DNA of 248,000 nt from Hyalangium minutum. Lineage in GTDB: Bacteria; Myxococcota; Myxococcia; Myxococcales; Myxococcaceae. Below the pieces are notes generated by a model that saw nothing but the letters and a program-made list of their open reading frames with translations, searched no databases and had not been told where the DNA came from. The stretch is taken from positions 20,001 through 268,000 of the forward strand of contig NZ_JMCB01000013.1 in NCBI RefSeq assembly GCF_000737315.1, read 5' to 3'. Position 1 is the stretch's first letter; the number at the start of each line of letters is the position of its first letter. Below, one piece after another: positions 232,441-243,027 of the stretch. The translations under genes and the position numbers were made by a program.

Positions 232441-233870
232441 GCGAGCCCGCGCCCAAGGCCCCTGTGATGGCCGATCCGCTGGTGGAGCACCCGCTCATCG
232501 AGGGGCGCTACTCGAACGCGGAGCTCAACGCATCGCTGATGCGGCCCGTGCTGGCCGGACCGGCGCGCTGGTGGTGGGTGCTGGTGGGGATCTGCTCCGC
232601 GCTCACCGTGCTGCTGATGGTGGGCATGGGAGTGACGTTCGCGAAGGGCGTGGGGACCTGGGGCAACAACATCCCGGTGGCCTGGGCTTTCGGCATCATC
232701 AACTTCGTCTGGTGGATCGGCATCGGCCACGCCGGCACGCTCATCTCCGCCATCCTGCTGCTGTTCGCCGAGAAGTGGCGCAGCTCCGTCAACCGCATGG
232801 CCGAGGCGATGACGCTGTTCGCCGTGGCGTGCGCGGGCCTCTTCCCGCTGCTGCACCTGGGGCGCCCGTGGAAGTTCTACTGGCTGGTGCCGTACCCAAG
232901 CGTGCTGCGCGCCTGGCCGCAGTTCCGCTCCCCGCTCACGTGGGACATCGTGGCGATCCTCACGTACCTCACGGTGTCGGTGCTCTTCTGGTACGTGGGC
233001 TTGCTGCCGGATCTGGCGTCCGCGCGGGATACCGCCCGGGAGACGTGGAAGCGCCGCGCCTGGGGAGTGCTGTCCATGGGATGGCGCGGCAGCGCCCGGC
233101 ACTGGCTCCAGTGGCGCGCCGCGTACGTGGTGCTCGCGGGAGTGGCCACGCCGCTCGTCGTGTCGGTGCACACCATCGTGTCCTTCGACTTCGCGGTGGC
233201 GCAACTGCCGGGCTGGCACACCACCGTTTTCCCTCCGTACTTCGTGGCGGGCGCCATCTTCTCCGGGCTCGCCATGGTGCTCACGCTGCTGTTGCCCGCG
233301 CGGCGGGCGCTGGGCCTGCACCACGTCATCACGAATGCGCACCTGGATGTGCTCTCGCGGCTGATGCTCGTGTCCGGGCTCTTCGTGGCCTACGGCTACG
233401 TGCAGGAGCATTTCTTCGGCTGGTACAGCGGCAACGAGTACGAGCAGCACGCGATGAACATCCTGCGCGTGGGCCCATACGCGCCGCTCTTCTGGACGGT
233501 CATCTTCTGCAACGTGGTGGTGCCACAGCTGTTCTGGATCGGGCGGCTGCGCATCCAGCCGGTGGTGCTCTGGGTGGCCGCGCTGCTGGTGAACGTGGGC
233601 ATGTGGCTGGAGCGCTTCCTGATCGTGGTGGCGCCTCTGAGCGAGGACTTCCTGCCGAGCAGCTGGAAGCACTACGCGCCTACCTGGGTGGACCTGAGCC
233701 TGCTGTCCGGGACGATGGGGCTGTTCGGCCTGGGCTTCCTGCTGTTCCTCAAGCTGGTGCCGCCGGTGCCGGCCAGCGAGGTGAAGCACCTGCAGCATGA
233801 GCTGGAGTCCTCCGAGGCCTTCGCGCGCGAGGCGGCGGCTCAGAGGCGGAGCGGGGGAGGGGCACCATGA
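232437..233870 (+). CDS. actC: Alternative complex III ActC (NrfD family)
   Basis: FVWWIGIGHAGTLISA, HLGRPW. Confidence 0.88.
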   Translation: MSEPAPKAPVMADPLVEHPLIEGRYSNAELNASLMRPVLAGPARWWWVLVGICSALTVLLMVGMGVTFAKGVGTWGNNIPVAWAFGIINFVWWIGIGHAGTLISAILLLFAEKWRSSVNRMAEAMTLFAVACAGLFPLLHLGRPWKFYWLVPYPSVLRAWPQFRSPLTWDIVAILTYLTVSVLFWYVGLLPDLASARDTARETWKRRAWGVLSMGWRGSARHWLQWRAAYVVLAGVATPLVVSVHTIVSFDFAVAQLPGWHTTVFPPYFVAGAIFSGLAMVLTLLLPARRALGLHHVITNAHLDVLSRLMLVSGLFVAYGYVQEHFFGWYSGNEYEQHAMNILRVGPYAPLFWTVIFCNVVVPQLFWIGRLRIQPVVLWVAALLVNVGMWLERFLIVVAPLSEDFLPSSWKHYAPTWVDLSLLSGTMGLFGLGFLLFLKLVPPVPASEVKHLQHELESSEAFAREAAAQRRSGGGAP

Positions 233871-234394
233871 AGCGCTGGGTGCTCGGAGAGTTCGGTTCGC
233901 CCGAGCGGTTGCTCGAGGTGGCCCGTGCGCTGCGGGAGCGCGGCTTCGTGCGGCTGGATGCGCACACTCCGTTCCCCGTGGAGGGGCTGGCCGAGGTGCT
234001 CGAGCTGAAGTCCTCGCGCCTGCCCGCGCTGGGGCTGCTGGCAGGGCTTGGCGGCGCGGCTGGGGCCTACCTGGTGCAGTGGTTCACACAGGCGGTGGAC
234101 TGGCCGCTGAACGTGGGCGGGAGACCGCTGCACAGCGCGCCCGCCTTCATTCCCATCACCTTCGAGACGGGGGTGCTGTCGGCTGCGGGTGCGGTCTTCT
234201 TGGGCTTGTTCGTGGTGTGCGGGCTGCCTCGGGTGACACACCCAGTCTTCGAGCTGGAGTCCTTCCGCAGCGCCAGCGTGGATGGCTTCTGGATCAGCGT
234301 CGCGGTGGAGGAGTCCACTCCGCCCGAGACGGTGGCCGAGGTGCTGCGCACCCTGGGCGCCTCGCAGGTGTCGCAGGTGGAGGGCGAAGAATGA
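233867..234394 (+). CDS. actD: Alternative complex III ActD (DUF3341)
   Basis: DAHTPFPV.GL, FIPITFE. Confidence 0.85.
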   Translation: MKRWVLGEFGSPERLLEVARALRERGFVRLDAHTPFPVEGLAEVLELKSSRLPALGLLAGLGGAAGAYLVQWFTQAVDWPLNVGGRPLHSAPAFIPITFETGVLSAAGAVFLGLFVVCGLPRVTHPVFELESFRSASVDGFWISVAVEESTPPETVAEVLRTLGASQVSQVEGEE

Positions 234395-235083
234395 GGGTCG
234401 CCAGGCATCTGCTCTGCGGGGGGGCGCTGGCCTTGTCCGCCTGTGAGGACCGGGATCCGATGCAGGTGCAGGAGCGCGATAACGCGTTCTCGGAGGATCC
234501 TCTCTTCGCGGACGAGCGGGCCATGCGCCCCACCGTGGCCGGCACGGTGCCCCAGGAGTGGTACCGGCAGCAGGCCCGGTTCATGGTCCACCAGAGCCTG
234601 GACGCGGGCTGGGTCGCGCGGCCACCTGTGCCGCTGACGCGCGAGCTGCTCCACGAGGGCCGCTCCCACTTCGAGACGTGGTGCGCGCCTTGCCACGGGC
234701 TGTTGGCGGATGGCCAGAGCGTGGTGGGCCAGAACATGCAACTGCGGCCCGCACCCGCGCTGTTCGGGCCTCTGCACGTGCCGCACCCGGCCCGAAGCGC
234801 CTCGCAGCTCGATGGAGGAGTGCCCGAGCCGGGCTCTCCGCATGCAGTGCCGGTATCCGCGGGCTGGGAGGCACTGCCGCACCCGGCCGGCTTCTATTAC
234901 GCGGTCATCACCGAGGGGTATGGGCTGATGCCGTCCTACGCGGAGGCGCTCAAGCCCTCCGAGCGGTGGGCCGTGGCGGCCTACCTGCGAGCACTCGCCT
235001 ACAGCCAACAAGCGCCCATGTCGGCCGCGCCTCCCGCGGTCCAGGCCACGCTCCAGCAGGAGCGTTCGGGAGGGGTTCCATGA
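234391..235083 (+). CDS. actE: Alternative complex III ActE monoheme cytochrome lipoprotein
   Basis: LSAC lipobox; CAPCH; MPSY..ERW..AYLRAL. Confidence 0.82.
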   Translation: MRVARHLLCGGALALSACEDRDPMQVQERDNAFSEDPLFADERAMRPTVAGTVPQEWYRQQARFMVHQSLDAGWVARPPVPLTRELLHEGRSHFETWCAPCHGLLADGQSVVGQNMQLRPAPALFGPLHVPHPARSASQLDGGVPEPGSPHAVPVSAGWEALPHPAGFYYAVITEGYGLMPSYAEALKPSERWAVAAYLRALAYSQQAPMSAAPPAVQATLQQERSGGVP

Positions 235084-236285
235084 TCACCGTGCTACCGCGC
235101 TTCGAGGGCAACCGGAGGTTCCTGGGCGTGTCGCTCGCCGTAGGAGTCCTGGGGCTGGCGGCGACGCTGGCGGGCGGGTTCGCCGATGCCCGCGAGGCGA
235201 GCCATGGCTACCTGTTCGCCTTCGCCTTCTGGCTCTCCCTGTGCCTGGGCGCGCTGGTGATGCTGTCGTCCTTTCACGCGGCGCGGGCGCGCTGGCCCAC
235301 GGTGCTGCGGCGGCCTCTGGAGGTGATGGCGGCGTGCTGCCCGCTGTTCATCCTGCTCTTCCTCCCCGTGGTACTGAGCATGCGCCACCTGTTCCCCTGG
235401 GTGGAGCCATCGCCGGCGCTCGGCGAGCACGCGCTGCATTTGCTCGAGCACAAGCGCCCGTACCTGAACCTGACGGGGTTTCTCCTCCGGGCGGTGCTCT
235501 ACTTCGGGGTGTGGTGCGCGGTGGCGCTGCTGCTCTACCGCTGGTCCGTGCGCCAGGATGCCGAGCCCGAGAGCAACGAGAGGGTGGTGCGGCTCACCGC
235601 GTGGCAGAGGCGGCTGGCGGCGGGCTCGCTGCCGGTGGTGGTGCTGTGCGTGTCGTTCGCCTGCCTGGACTGGCTCATGTCCCTGGATCCGCTGTGGCAG
235701 TCCACCGTGTACGCGCTCTACGTGGGGTGCGGCGCAGTGGTAGCGGCCCTGTCGGTGGTGGGGCTGCTGGCGGCGCAGGGGCAGGGGGCGGGGCAGTTCG
235801 GCGCGCTGATGCGGCCGGTGCACTTCCGGTGGCTCGGCACGCTGCTGCTCAGCTTCGTGTGCCTGTGGGCCTACTGCGTCTTCTCGCAACTGTTGCTCAT
235901 GTGGATCGCCACGCTCCCCGAGGAGGTGACGTGGTACCAGGCCCGGCTCGACGGCGGCTGGCGGTGGCTGGCGGCATTGCTGGCCTTGGGCCACTTCGCG
236001 GTGCCCTTCCTGCTCCTGCTGCAGCGGAGCATCAAGGAGCAGCCCCGGCGACTGGCCGCCGTGTGCGCGTGGCTCCTGCTCATGCGCGCGGTGGATCTGT
236101 ATTGGCTGGTGCTGCCCGCGCTCCATCCGCGGGAGTGGTACCCGCACTGGACGAGCCTCACCGCGTGGGTGGGCGTGGGCGGGCTGTTCGTGGCGGCCTG
236201 CCTGTGGCTGCAGCGCGGCGGCTACACCGTGCCAGTGCGCGATCCATTCCTCCTCCACTCGCTGCGGGTGCCCAGCCATGAGTGA
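235080..236285 (+). CDS. actF: Alternative complex III ActF
   Basis: About 10 TM; DWLMSLDP.W.ST. Confidence 0.82.
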   Translation: MITVLPRFEGNRRFLGVSLAVGVLGLAATLAGGFADAREASHGYLFAFAFWLSLCLGALVMLSSFHAARARWPTVLRRPLEVMAACCPLFILLFLPVVLSMRHLFPWVEPSPALGEHALHLLEHKRPYLNLTGFLLRAVLYFGVWCAVALLLYRWSVRQDAEPESNERVVRLTAWQRRLAAGSLPVVVLCVSFACLDWLMSLDPLWQSTVYALYVGCGAVVAALSVVGLLAAQGQGAGQFGALMRPVHFRWLGTLLLSFVCLWAYCVFSQLLLMWIATLPEEVTWYQARLDGGWRWLAALLALGHFAVPFLLLLQRSIKEQPRRLAAVCAWLLLMRAVDLYWLVLPALHPREWYPHWTSLTAWVGVGGLFVAACLWLQRGGYTVPVRDPFLLHSLRVPSHE

Positions 236286-236637
236286 GGGCTTCACGCCACC
236301 CCCGCCGCAGCACGATCGGCTGCCGAGCCTCCGCATCCTCGCGGTGCTCGTCGGCTGGCTGGTGCTCACCTCCCTGTCGGTGCTGGGCATGCGGTGGTGG
236401 GAGGCGCGGAACCAGCCTGCCGTAGCAGCGGGAACTCCGGCGCAGTTCGGCGAGGCGGAGATCGCGAACGTCAACCAGCGACCCTTCGCACTGGAGAAGG
236501 AGGCACCTCGGCTGCGAGCCGCTCAGGACTCGCGGCTGGAGCGCTATGGCTGGGTGGATCGCGGCGCGGGCGTCATCCATGTGCCCATCGAGCAGGCCAT
236601 GGATCAGGTGCTGGCGCAGGAAGGGAGGGGGCCATGA
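236278..236637 (+). CDS. Membrane-anchored hypothetical (ActG-like position)
   Basis: YGWVD..IHVPIEQAM. Confidence 0.65.
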   Translation: MSEGFTPPPPQHDRLPSLRILAVLVGWLVLTSLSVLGMRWWEARNQPAVAAGTPAQFGEAEIANVNQRPFALEKEAPRLRAAQDSRLERYGWVDRGAGVIHVPIEQAMDQVLAQEGRGP

Positions 236638-237663
236638 TGGAGTTCTTGCGGCACCTCCTGTTCCTTCCTCGGGGGGGCTCCACGCTGGCGGACCGCGTGG
236701 ATCGCATCCACTTCTTCATCATCATCGTCACCTTCATCGTGGCGGTGTGCATCGGGCTCACGGGGCTCGTGTTCCTGGTGCGCTTCCGGCGCCGGCACGC
236801 CCTCGCCCTCACCCCTCGGGTGCAGGCCCCCGCGTGGCTGGAAGCGATCTTCATCAGCGTGCCCCTCTCCTTCTTCCTGCTTTGGGGCGTGCTCGGCTTC
236901 CGCGACTTCGTGTGGGTGAAGAACCCGCCGGCGGGCGCGCTGGATGTGTACGTGACGGGCAAGCAGTGGATGTGGAAGTTCGCGCTGACGGACGGCGTGG
237001 GCAGCGTGGGAGTGCTGCACGTGCCCACGGGGCGCCCGGTGCGGTTGATGATCACCTCGCGGGATGTCGTTCACTCGTTCTACGTGCCCGAGTTCCGGCT
237101 GAAGCAGGACGCGCTGCCTGGGCGCTATACGGAGACGTGGTTCGAGGTGAAGCATCCGGGGCGCTATCAGGTGCTGTGCGCCGAGTACTGCGGGTTGGAT
237201 CACTCGCACATGCTCGGAGAGGTGGTGGCGCTGGAGCCGGGCGATTTCGAGGCGTGGCGGGCCTGGCAGAAGGCCTTGCCCACGGCCAGTCCGGGGGAGA
237301 TATCCGAGCAGGTCTCCGGCGCGGATGAGCGGGGGCCACTGGCCGAGCTCGGGCGCACCGTGGCCGCGCAGAAGGGCTGCTTCAAGTGCCACACGGTGGA
237401 CGGGACGCCGCACATTGGGCCTACGTGGCTGGGGTTGTACGAGCGCGAGGAGCCGCTGGCGTCGGGCGGACGCATCCGGGCGGACGTGGCCTACCTCACC
237501 GAGTCGATGATGGATCCCGCCGCCAAGGTGGTGGCGGGCTTCAACCCGGTGATGCCCACATTCCATGGGCAGCTAAGCCCGGGGGAAGTGGCCGCGCTGG
237601 TGGAGTTCATCAAGTCACTGCGACCCGAGCGCCCCGTGCCTCCGGCCGCGCAGGAGCCCACCT

Positions 237664-237683
<20 letters not shown>
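236634..237683 (+). CDS. coxB: Cytochrome c oxidase subunit II with C-terminal cytochrome c (caa3 type)
   Basis: DVVHSF, CAEYCG..HS.M, CFKCH. Confidence 0.92.
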
Positions 237684-239290
<1,607 letters not shown>

Positions 239291-239301
<11 letters not shown>

Positions 239302-239941
239302 AGCGAGCGGGAGGCCAGTGGTTCCACACGCCGAGCACTTCGGCGATGAGGCGTCGCGTCAGGACGCGGCGCACATGGGCATGTGGATCTTCCTGGCGAC
239401 CGAGGTGCTGCTGTTCGCGGCCCTCTTCGCCGCCTATTCCCTGTACCGGCTGGCGTACCCGGAGGTCTTCTCTCAGGCGCGCGAGCACATGGATCTGGCG
239501 CTGGGGACGATCAACACCTACGTGCTGGTGAGCAGCAGCGTCCTCGTGGCGTTGGCGATCGCCTCCATCCGAAAGGGGAGGGATCTGGCGGCGGGGGTGC
239601 TGCTCGCGGGCGCGGTGCTGCTCGGCATCACCTTCCTCTGCATCAAGGGCATGGAGTACGCCCACCACGCGAAGGACAAAGCCCTGCCCGGCGCCCACTA
239701 CGCCTACGACAAGTTCGCCGTTCCCGGCGCGAGCCTCTACTTCACCCTCTACTGGATCATGACAGGCATCCACGCGGTGCACGTGACGGTGGGGATCGGG
239801 GTGCTCTCGGTGCTGTGCGGCCAGGCGCTGTCAGGGAAGTTCAGCGCGGCCTACCACACGCCAGTGGAGCTGGGCGGCATGTACTGGCACCTGGTGGACA
239901 TCGTCTGGTTGTTCCTCTGGCCGCTGCTCTACCTGGCGTGA
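239291..239941 (+). CDS. coxC: Cytochrome c oxidase subunit III
   Basis: GMWIFLATE, TGIHAVH, YWHLVD.VW. Confidence 0.92.
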
Positions 239942-239971
239942 CGAGCGGCGGGTGTCGAGGAGGAGGCGCGC

Positions 239972-240382
239972 ATGGCGGAGACTCGAAGCAAGGAGCAGGG
240001 AGGGCGAGCCCACGGTGGTTATGGCAAGGCCCTGATCGTGGGCGTGGGGCTGCTGTCGCTCACCACGCTCTCGTTTGCGCTGTCGCGCCTGCACGTGGGA
240101 GCTTGGGGGCTCGTGGTGGCGGTGGCCATCGCGGTCATCAAGGTGACGCTGATAGCCTTCTTCTTCATGCACCTGTCGGAGCGAGCCGGAGGGCCCCGGC
240201 TGGTGTTCGCCACCGCGGTACTCTTCGTCATCATCCTTATCGGGCTGATCCTCGTGGAGGCCAGCGACCGGCCCCAGCCCGCGATGCCACCGGGGCCGTT
240301 CTCCGCCGAGCGGCTGCCGGGCCTGGATGAGCAGCCCCAGGCGGCTCCCACGCGCGAGCCCCCGAGCGAACAGACACCCTAG
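239972..240382 (+). CDS. coxD: Cytochrome c oxidase subunit IV
   Basis: K..L...FFMHL. Confidence 0.8.
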   Translation: MAETRSKEQGGRAHGGYGKALIVGVGLLSLTTLSFALSRLHVGAWGLVVAVAIAVIKVTLIAFFFMHLSERAGGPRLVFATAVLFVIILIGLILVEASDRPQPAMPPGPFSAERLPGLDEQPQAAPTREPPSEQTP

Positions 240383-240945
240383 GCGCGAACCGCCTCCACG
240401 AGCGCGCGAAGCTTTGGGCGCTTCAGGGCACGGTAGAGCGTGGCCGTCAGCCTGCGGGCTGGCACCACCGCGCCCAGTGAGGCGCCAAAGGCCATGTGCA
240501 CCAACAGGAAGGCTCCGTGCGGCGCCTCGCGATCCAGCGGTGGCGAGGCGAACGGCACGATCAACCCCGGCATGATCACCTGGAGCGCCAGTCCCATCAA
240601 CATGCCGAGCATCAGCGCCGCCGTGGCGGTGCCGCCGCGTGGCAGCACCAGCGCGAAGAGGGTGGCCAGCCCTCCCGCGGTGGCCACATGGACCGCCAGG
240701 CCCACAAGCACTGAGAGCGCGCCGGTGGGGGCTTCCCGGAAGAAGACACCCCCTACCAGCCGGGCCGCATACCAGAGGTCTCCGTGGGTGAGCGCGCCCA
240801 GCGGCAGCGCCAGCGCTGCCATGAAGACCGCGCCGAGCAGACCCACGAAAGCCCCCGGCATGAGGACATCCCGGAAGAGCTTCCAGTGCTCCGCCTCCTC
240901 TTGCGTGGCGGCGAGGACCTGCCGGACGTGCTCAATGCGTTCCAT
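240379..240945 (-). CDS. Hypothetical membrane protein
   Basis: Hydrophobic; H..HMAFG. Confidence 0.6.
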   Translation of the reverse strand: MERIEHVRQVLAATQEEAEHWKLFRDVLMPGAFVGLLGAVFMAALALPLGALTHGDLWYAARLVGGVFFREAPTGALSVLVGLAVHVATAGGLATLFALVLPRGGTATAALMLGMLMGLALQVIMPGLIVPFASPPLDREAPHGAFLLVHMAFGASLGAVVPARRLTATLYRALKRPKLRALVEAVRA

Positions 240946-241011
240946 GCAACCCTCCACTCCTCTTTCGGAAAACGAGGAAAGTGACGGCGAAAGCCATGGG
241001 GATGTCACGCT

Positions 241012-241131
241012 CGAGACGAGGGCCGAGCCAGCGCCGTCACCCAGCAGCGCGTAGTCGCCGATGGGCGGCTGAGGGCCTCGGGGAGAGCGTGGAGGCGCGT
241101 GAGGGCGGTGGCGATGGGAGGGCAGGTGCAT
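241012..241131 (-). pseudogene. N-terminal remnant of a glycoside hydrolase family 15 gene
   Basis: PIGDYALLGDG..SALVS, typical GH15 N-terminus, then unrelated sequence. Confidence 0.55.
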
Positions 241132-241143
241132 TCCAGAGGCTCA

Positions 241144-241259
241144 TCACTCCACGGGCTCCCGATCCGCGAAGAAGAGGGTGAACTCCACGTGGGCATCCTG
241201 ATCAGAGGCGTTGAGCCCTCGGCAATGGCCCACTGCTTGCTCCCGATAACGGTTGGCAT
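241144..241259 (-). pseudogene. Deleted remnant of a sensory rhodopsin transducer (ASRT-like) gene
   Basis: MPTVIGSKQWAIAEG joined out of frame to LNASDQDAHVEFTLFFADREPVE*. Confidence 0.65.
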
Positions 241260-241277
241260 CTGTGTCCTCCAGCAGGG

Positions 241278-241703
241278 CTAGGTGAGCTGTTCTTGCACCA
241301 GGGCCAGATCCTCCTGGACTTGTCCCAAGGTCCGAGACATGGGCTGCTTGGGCAGGCTCCGCACTCCCTGGAGCGCCAGGGCCGCCGCGCCGCCCATCAT
241401 GCCGAGCCCCACCAGCAGCGTGAAGGAAGCGGGGCGTGTCCTCAGTGCCAAGGCGAGAGACACGGCGAGTGCGATGACTCCCCCCAGCCCCACGCCTGCG
241501 CTCGTGCCCAGCAGCGTCAAACTCTTGAGGGCCTGGCGAGCGTCCTCTCGCAGCTCCTGCCGGGCGGCCTCGAACTCCGCCTGCGCCAGCCGCTTGCCCT
241601 GGTCGATGGCCTGCCCCAGCAGCTCACGCGCCGACTCACCGGTCTCTCCCTGCGAACCCTTCATGTCCGTGGCTCCCGGCGCCTCTCGGTCCCTGGCGCT
241701 CAT
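241278..241703 (-). CDS. DUF1469/'phage holin'-family membrane protein
   Basis: AEFEAARQEL, two TM helices. Confidence 0.65.
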   Translation of the reverse strand: MSARDREAPGATDMKGSQGETGESARELLGQAIDQGKRLAQAEFEAARQELREDARQALKSLTLLGTSAGVGLGGVIALAVSLALALRTRPASFTLLVGLGMMGGAAALALQGVRSLPKQPMSRTLGQVQEDLALVQEQLT

Positions 241704-241899
241704 GCTCTTGTCGCTTCGGCAAAGCTGAGCCTGATGCTCGTGGCGTGCAGTGCCAGCCGGTACACGGAGGGCGGGCCTCTGTCGGCATCCCAGCAGGGCG
241801 GCCGGGCGGCACAGCGCCTCACTTCATGACTTGGGCTCCCAAACTATTTTCCGTCTTGGAGAGACGTGTCTCCCTCCCAGGGTTCTCAGGGGGTCTTTC

Positions 241900-243027
241900 G
241901 TGGCGGCAGGGCACCCACGGGGCAGCGGGGCGGCACCCATCGAACGGGTGGAGGTATCCGCGTACCAAATCCCCACGGATGCCCCTGAGGCGGATGGCAC
242001 CTTCGCGTGGGACTCCACCACGCTGGTGGTCGTGGAGCTGACCGCCGGGGGCCAGCGGGGACTCGGCTACACGTATACGGACGCGGTGGCCGCGGCGCTG
242101 ATCTCCCGCGTCTTCGCCCAGGAACTGCGCTCTCAGGACGCCATGGACATTCCCGCGCGGATGACGGCGCTGCTGCGCCGGGTGCGCAACCTGGGGCGGC
242201 CGGGCCTGGTCTCCATGGCGCTGTCCGCTGTGGACGCCGCGCTCTGGGACGTGAAGGCCCGGCTGCTCGGCCTGCCTCTCGCACGGCTGCTCGGCGCCGT
242301 GAGGGAGCGGGTCCCCCTCTATGGAAGCGGAGGGTTCACCTCGTACTCCGTGGAGCGGCTCCAGCAGCAACTCGCGGGCTGGGCCGAGCAGGGCATCCCT
242401 CGCGTGAAGATGAAGGTGGGAAGCCACCCCGAGGAGGATCCCGCCCGCGTCCGTGCCGCCCGCACGGCCATTGGAGACCGCGTGGAGCTCTTCGTGGATG
242501 CCAATGGCGCGTACACCGTGGCGCAGACCCTGGCTCTCGCGGACCGCTTCGCCGAGTGCGGCGTCTCTTGGTTCGAGGAGCCCGTGTCCAGCGATGATCT
242601 CGAGGGGCTCCATCGCGTCCGCTCACGCGCCCCGGCCGGCATGGCGGTAGCAGCGGGGGAGTACGGGGATGGCGGCATCTACTTCCGCCGCATGCTGGCA
242701 GCGGGCGCGGTGGATGTGCTGCAGGCGGACGTCACACGGTGCCTGGGCATCACCGGCTTCCTCCAGGCGGACGCGCTGTGTGACGTCTACCAGGTGCCGC
242801 TCTCCGGGCACTGCGCCCCAGCGCTCCACGCCCATGTGGCATGCGCGGCCCGGCGGCTGGTGCACCTGGAGTACTTCCACGATCACGCCCGGCTGGAGCG
242901 GATGCTCTTCGAGGGCGTGCCCGAGGTGAGAGAGGGCGCGCTCGTGCCGGATCTCTCACGTCCGGGGCTGGGGCTGGAGCTGAAGCGGGCGGACGCCGCC
243001 CGCTACGCGATGGGGGACAACACATGA
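241900..243027 (+). CDS. Mandelate racemase/enolase superfamily protein
   Basis: KMKVG, VDANG, WFEEP, AGEY, EYFHDH. Confidence 0.9.
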   Translation: MAAGHPRGSGAAPIERVEVSAYQIPTDAPEADGTFAWDSTTLVVVELTAGGQRGLGYTYTDAVAAALISRVFAQELRSQDAMDIPARMTALLRRVRNLGRPGLVSMALSAVDAALWDVKARLLGLPLARLLGAVRERVPLYGSGGFTSYSVERLQQQLAGWAEQGIPRVKMKVGSHPEEDPARVRAARTAIGDRVELFVDANGAYTVAQTLALADRFAECGVSWFEEPVSSDDLEGLHRVRSRAPAGMAVAAGEYGDGGIYFRRMLAAGAVDVLQADVTRCLGITGFLQADALCDVYQVPLSGHCAPALHAHVACAARRLVHLEYFHDHARLERMLFEGVPEVREGALVPDLSRPGLGLELKRADAARYAMGDNT

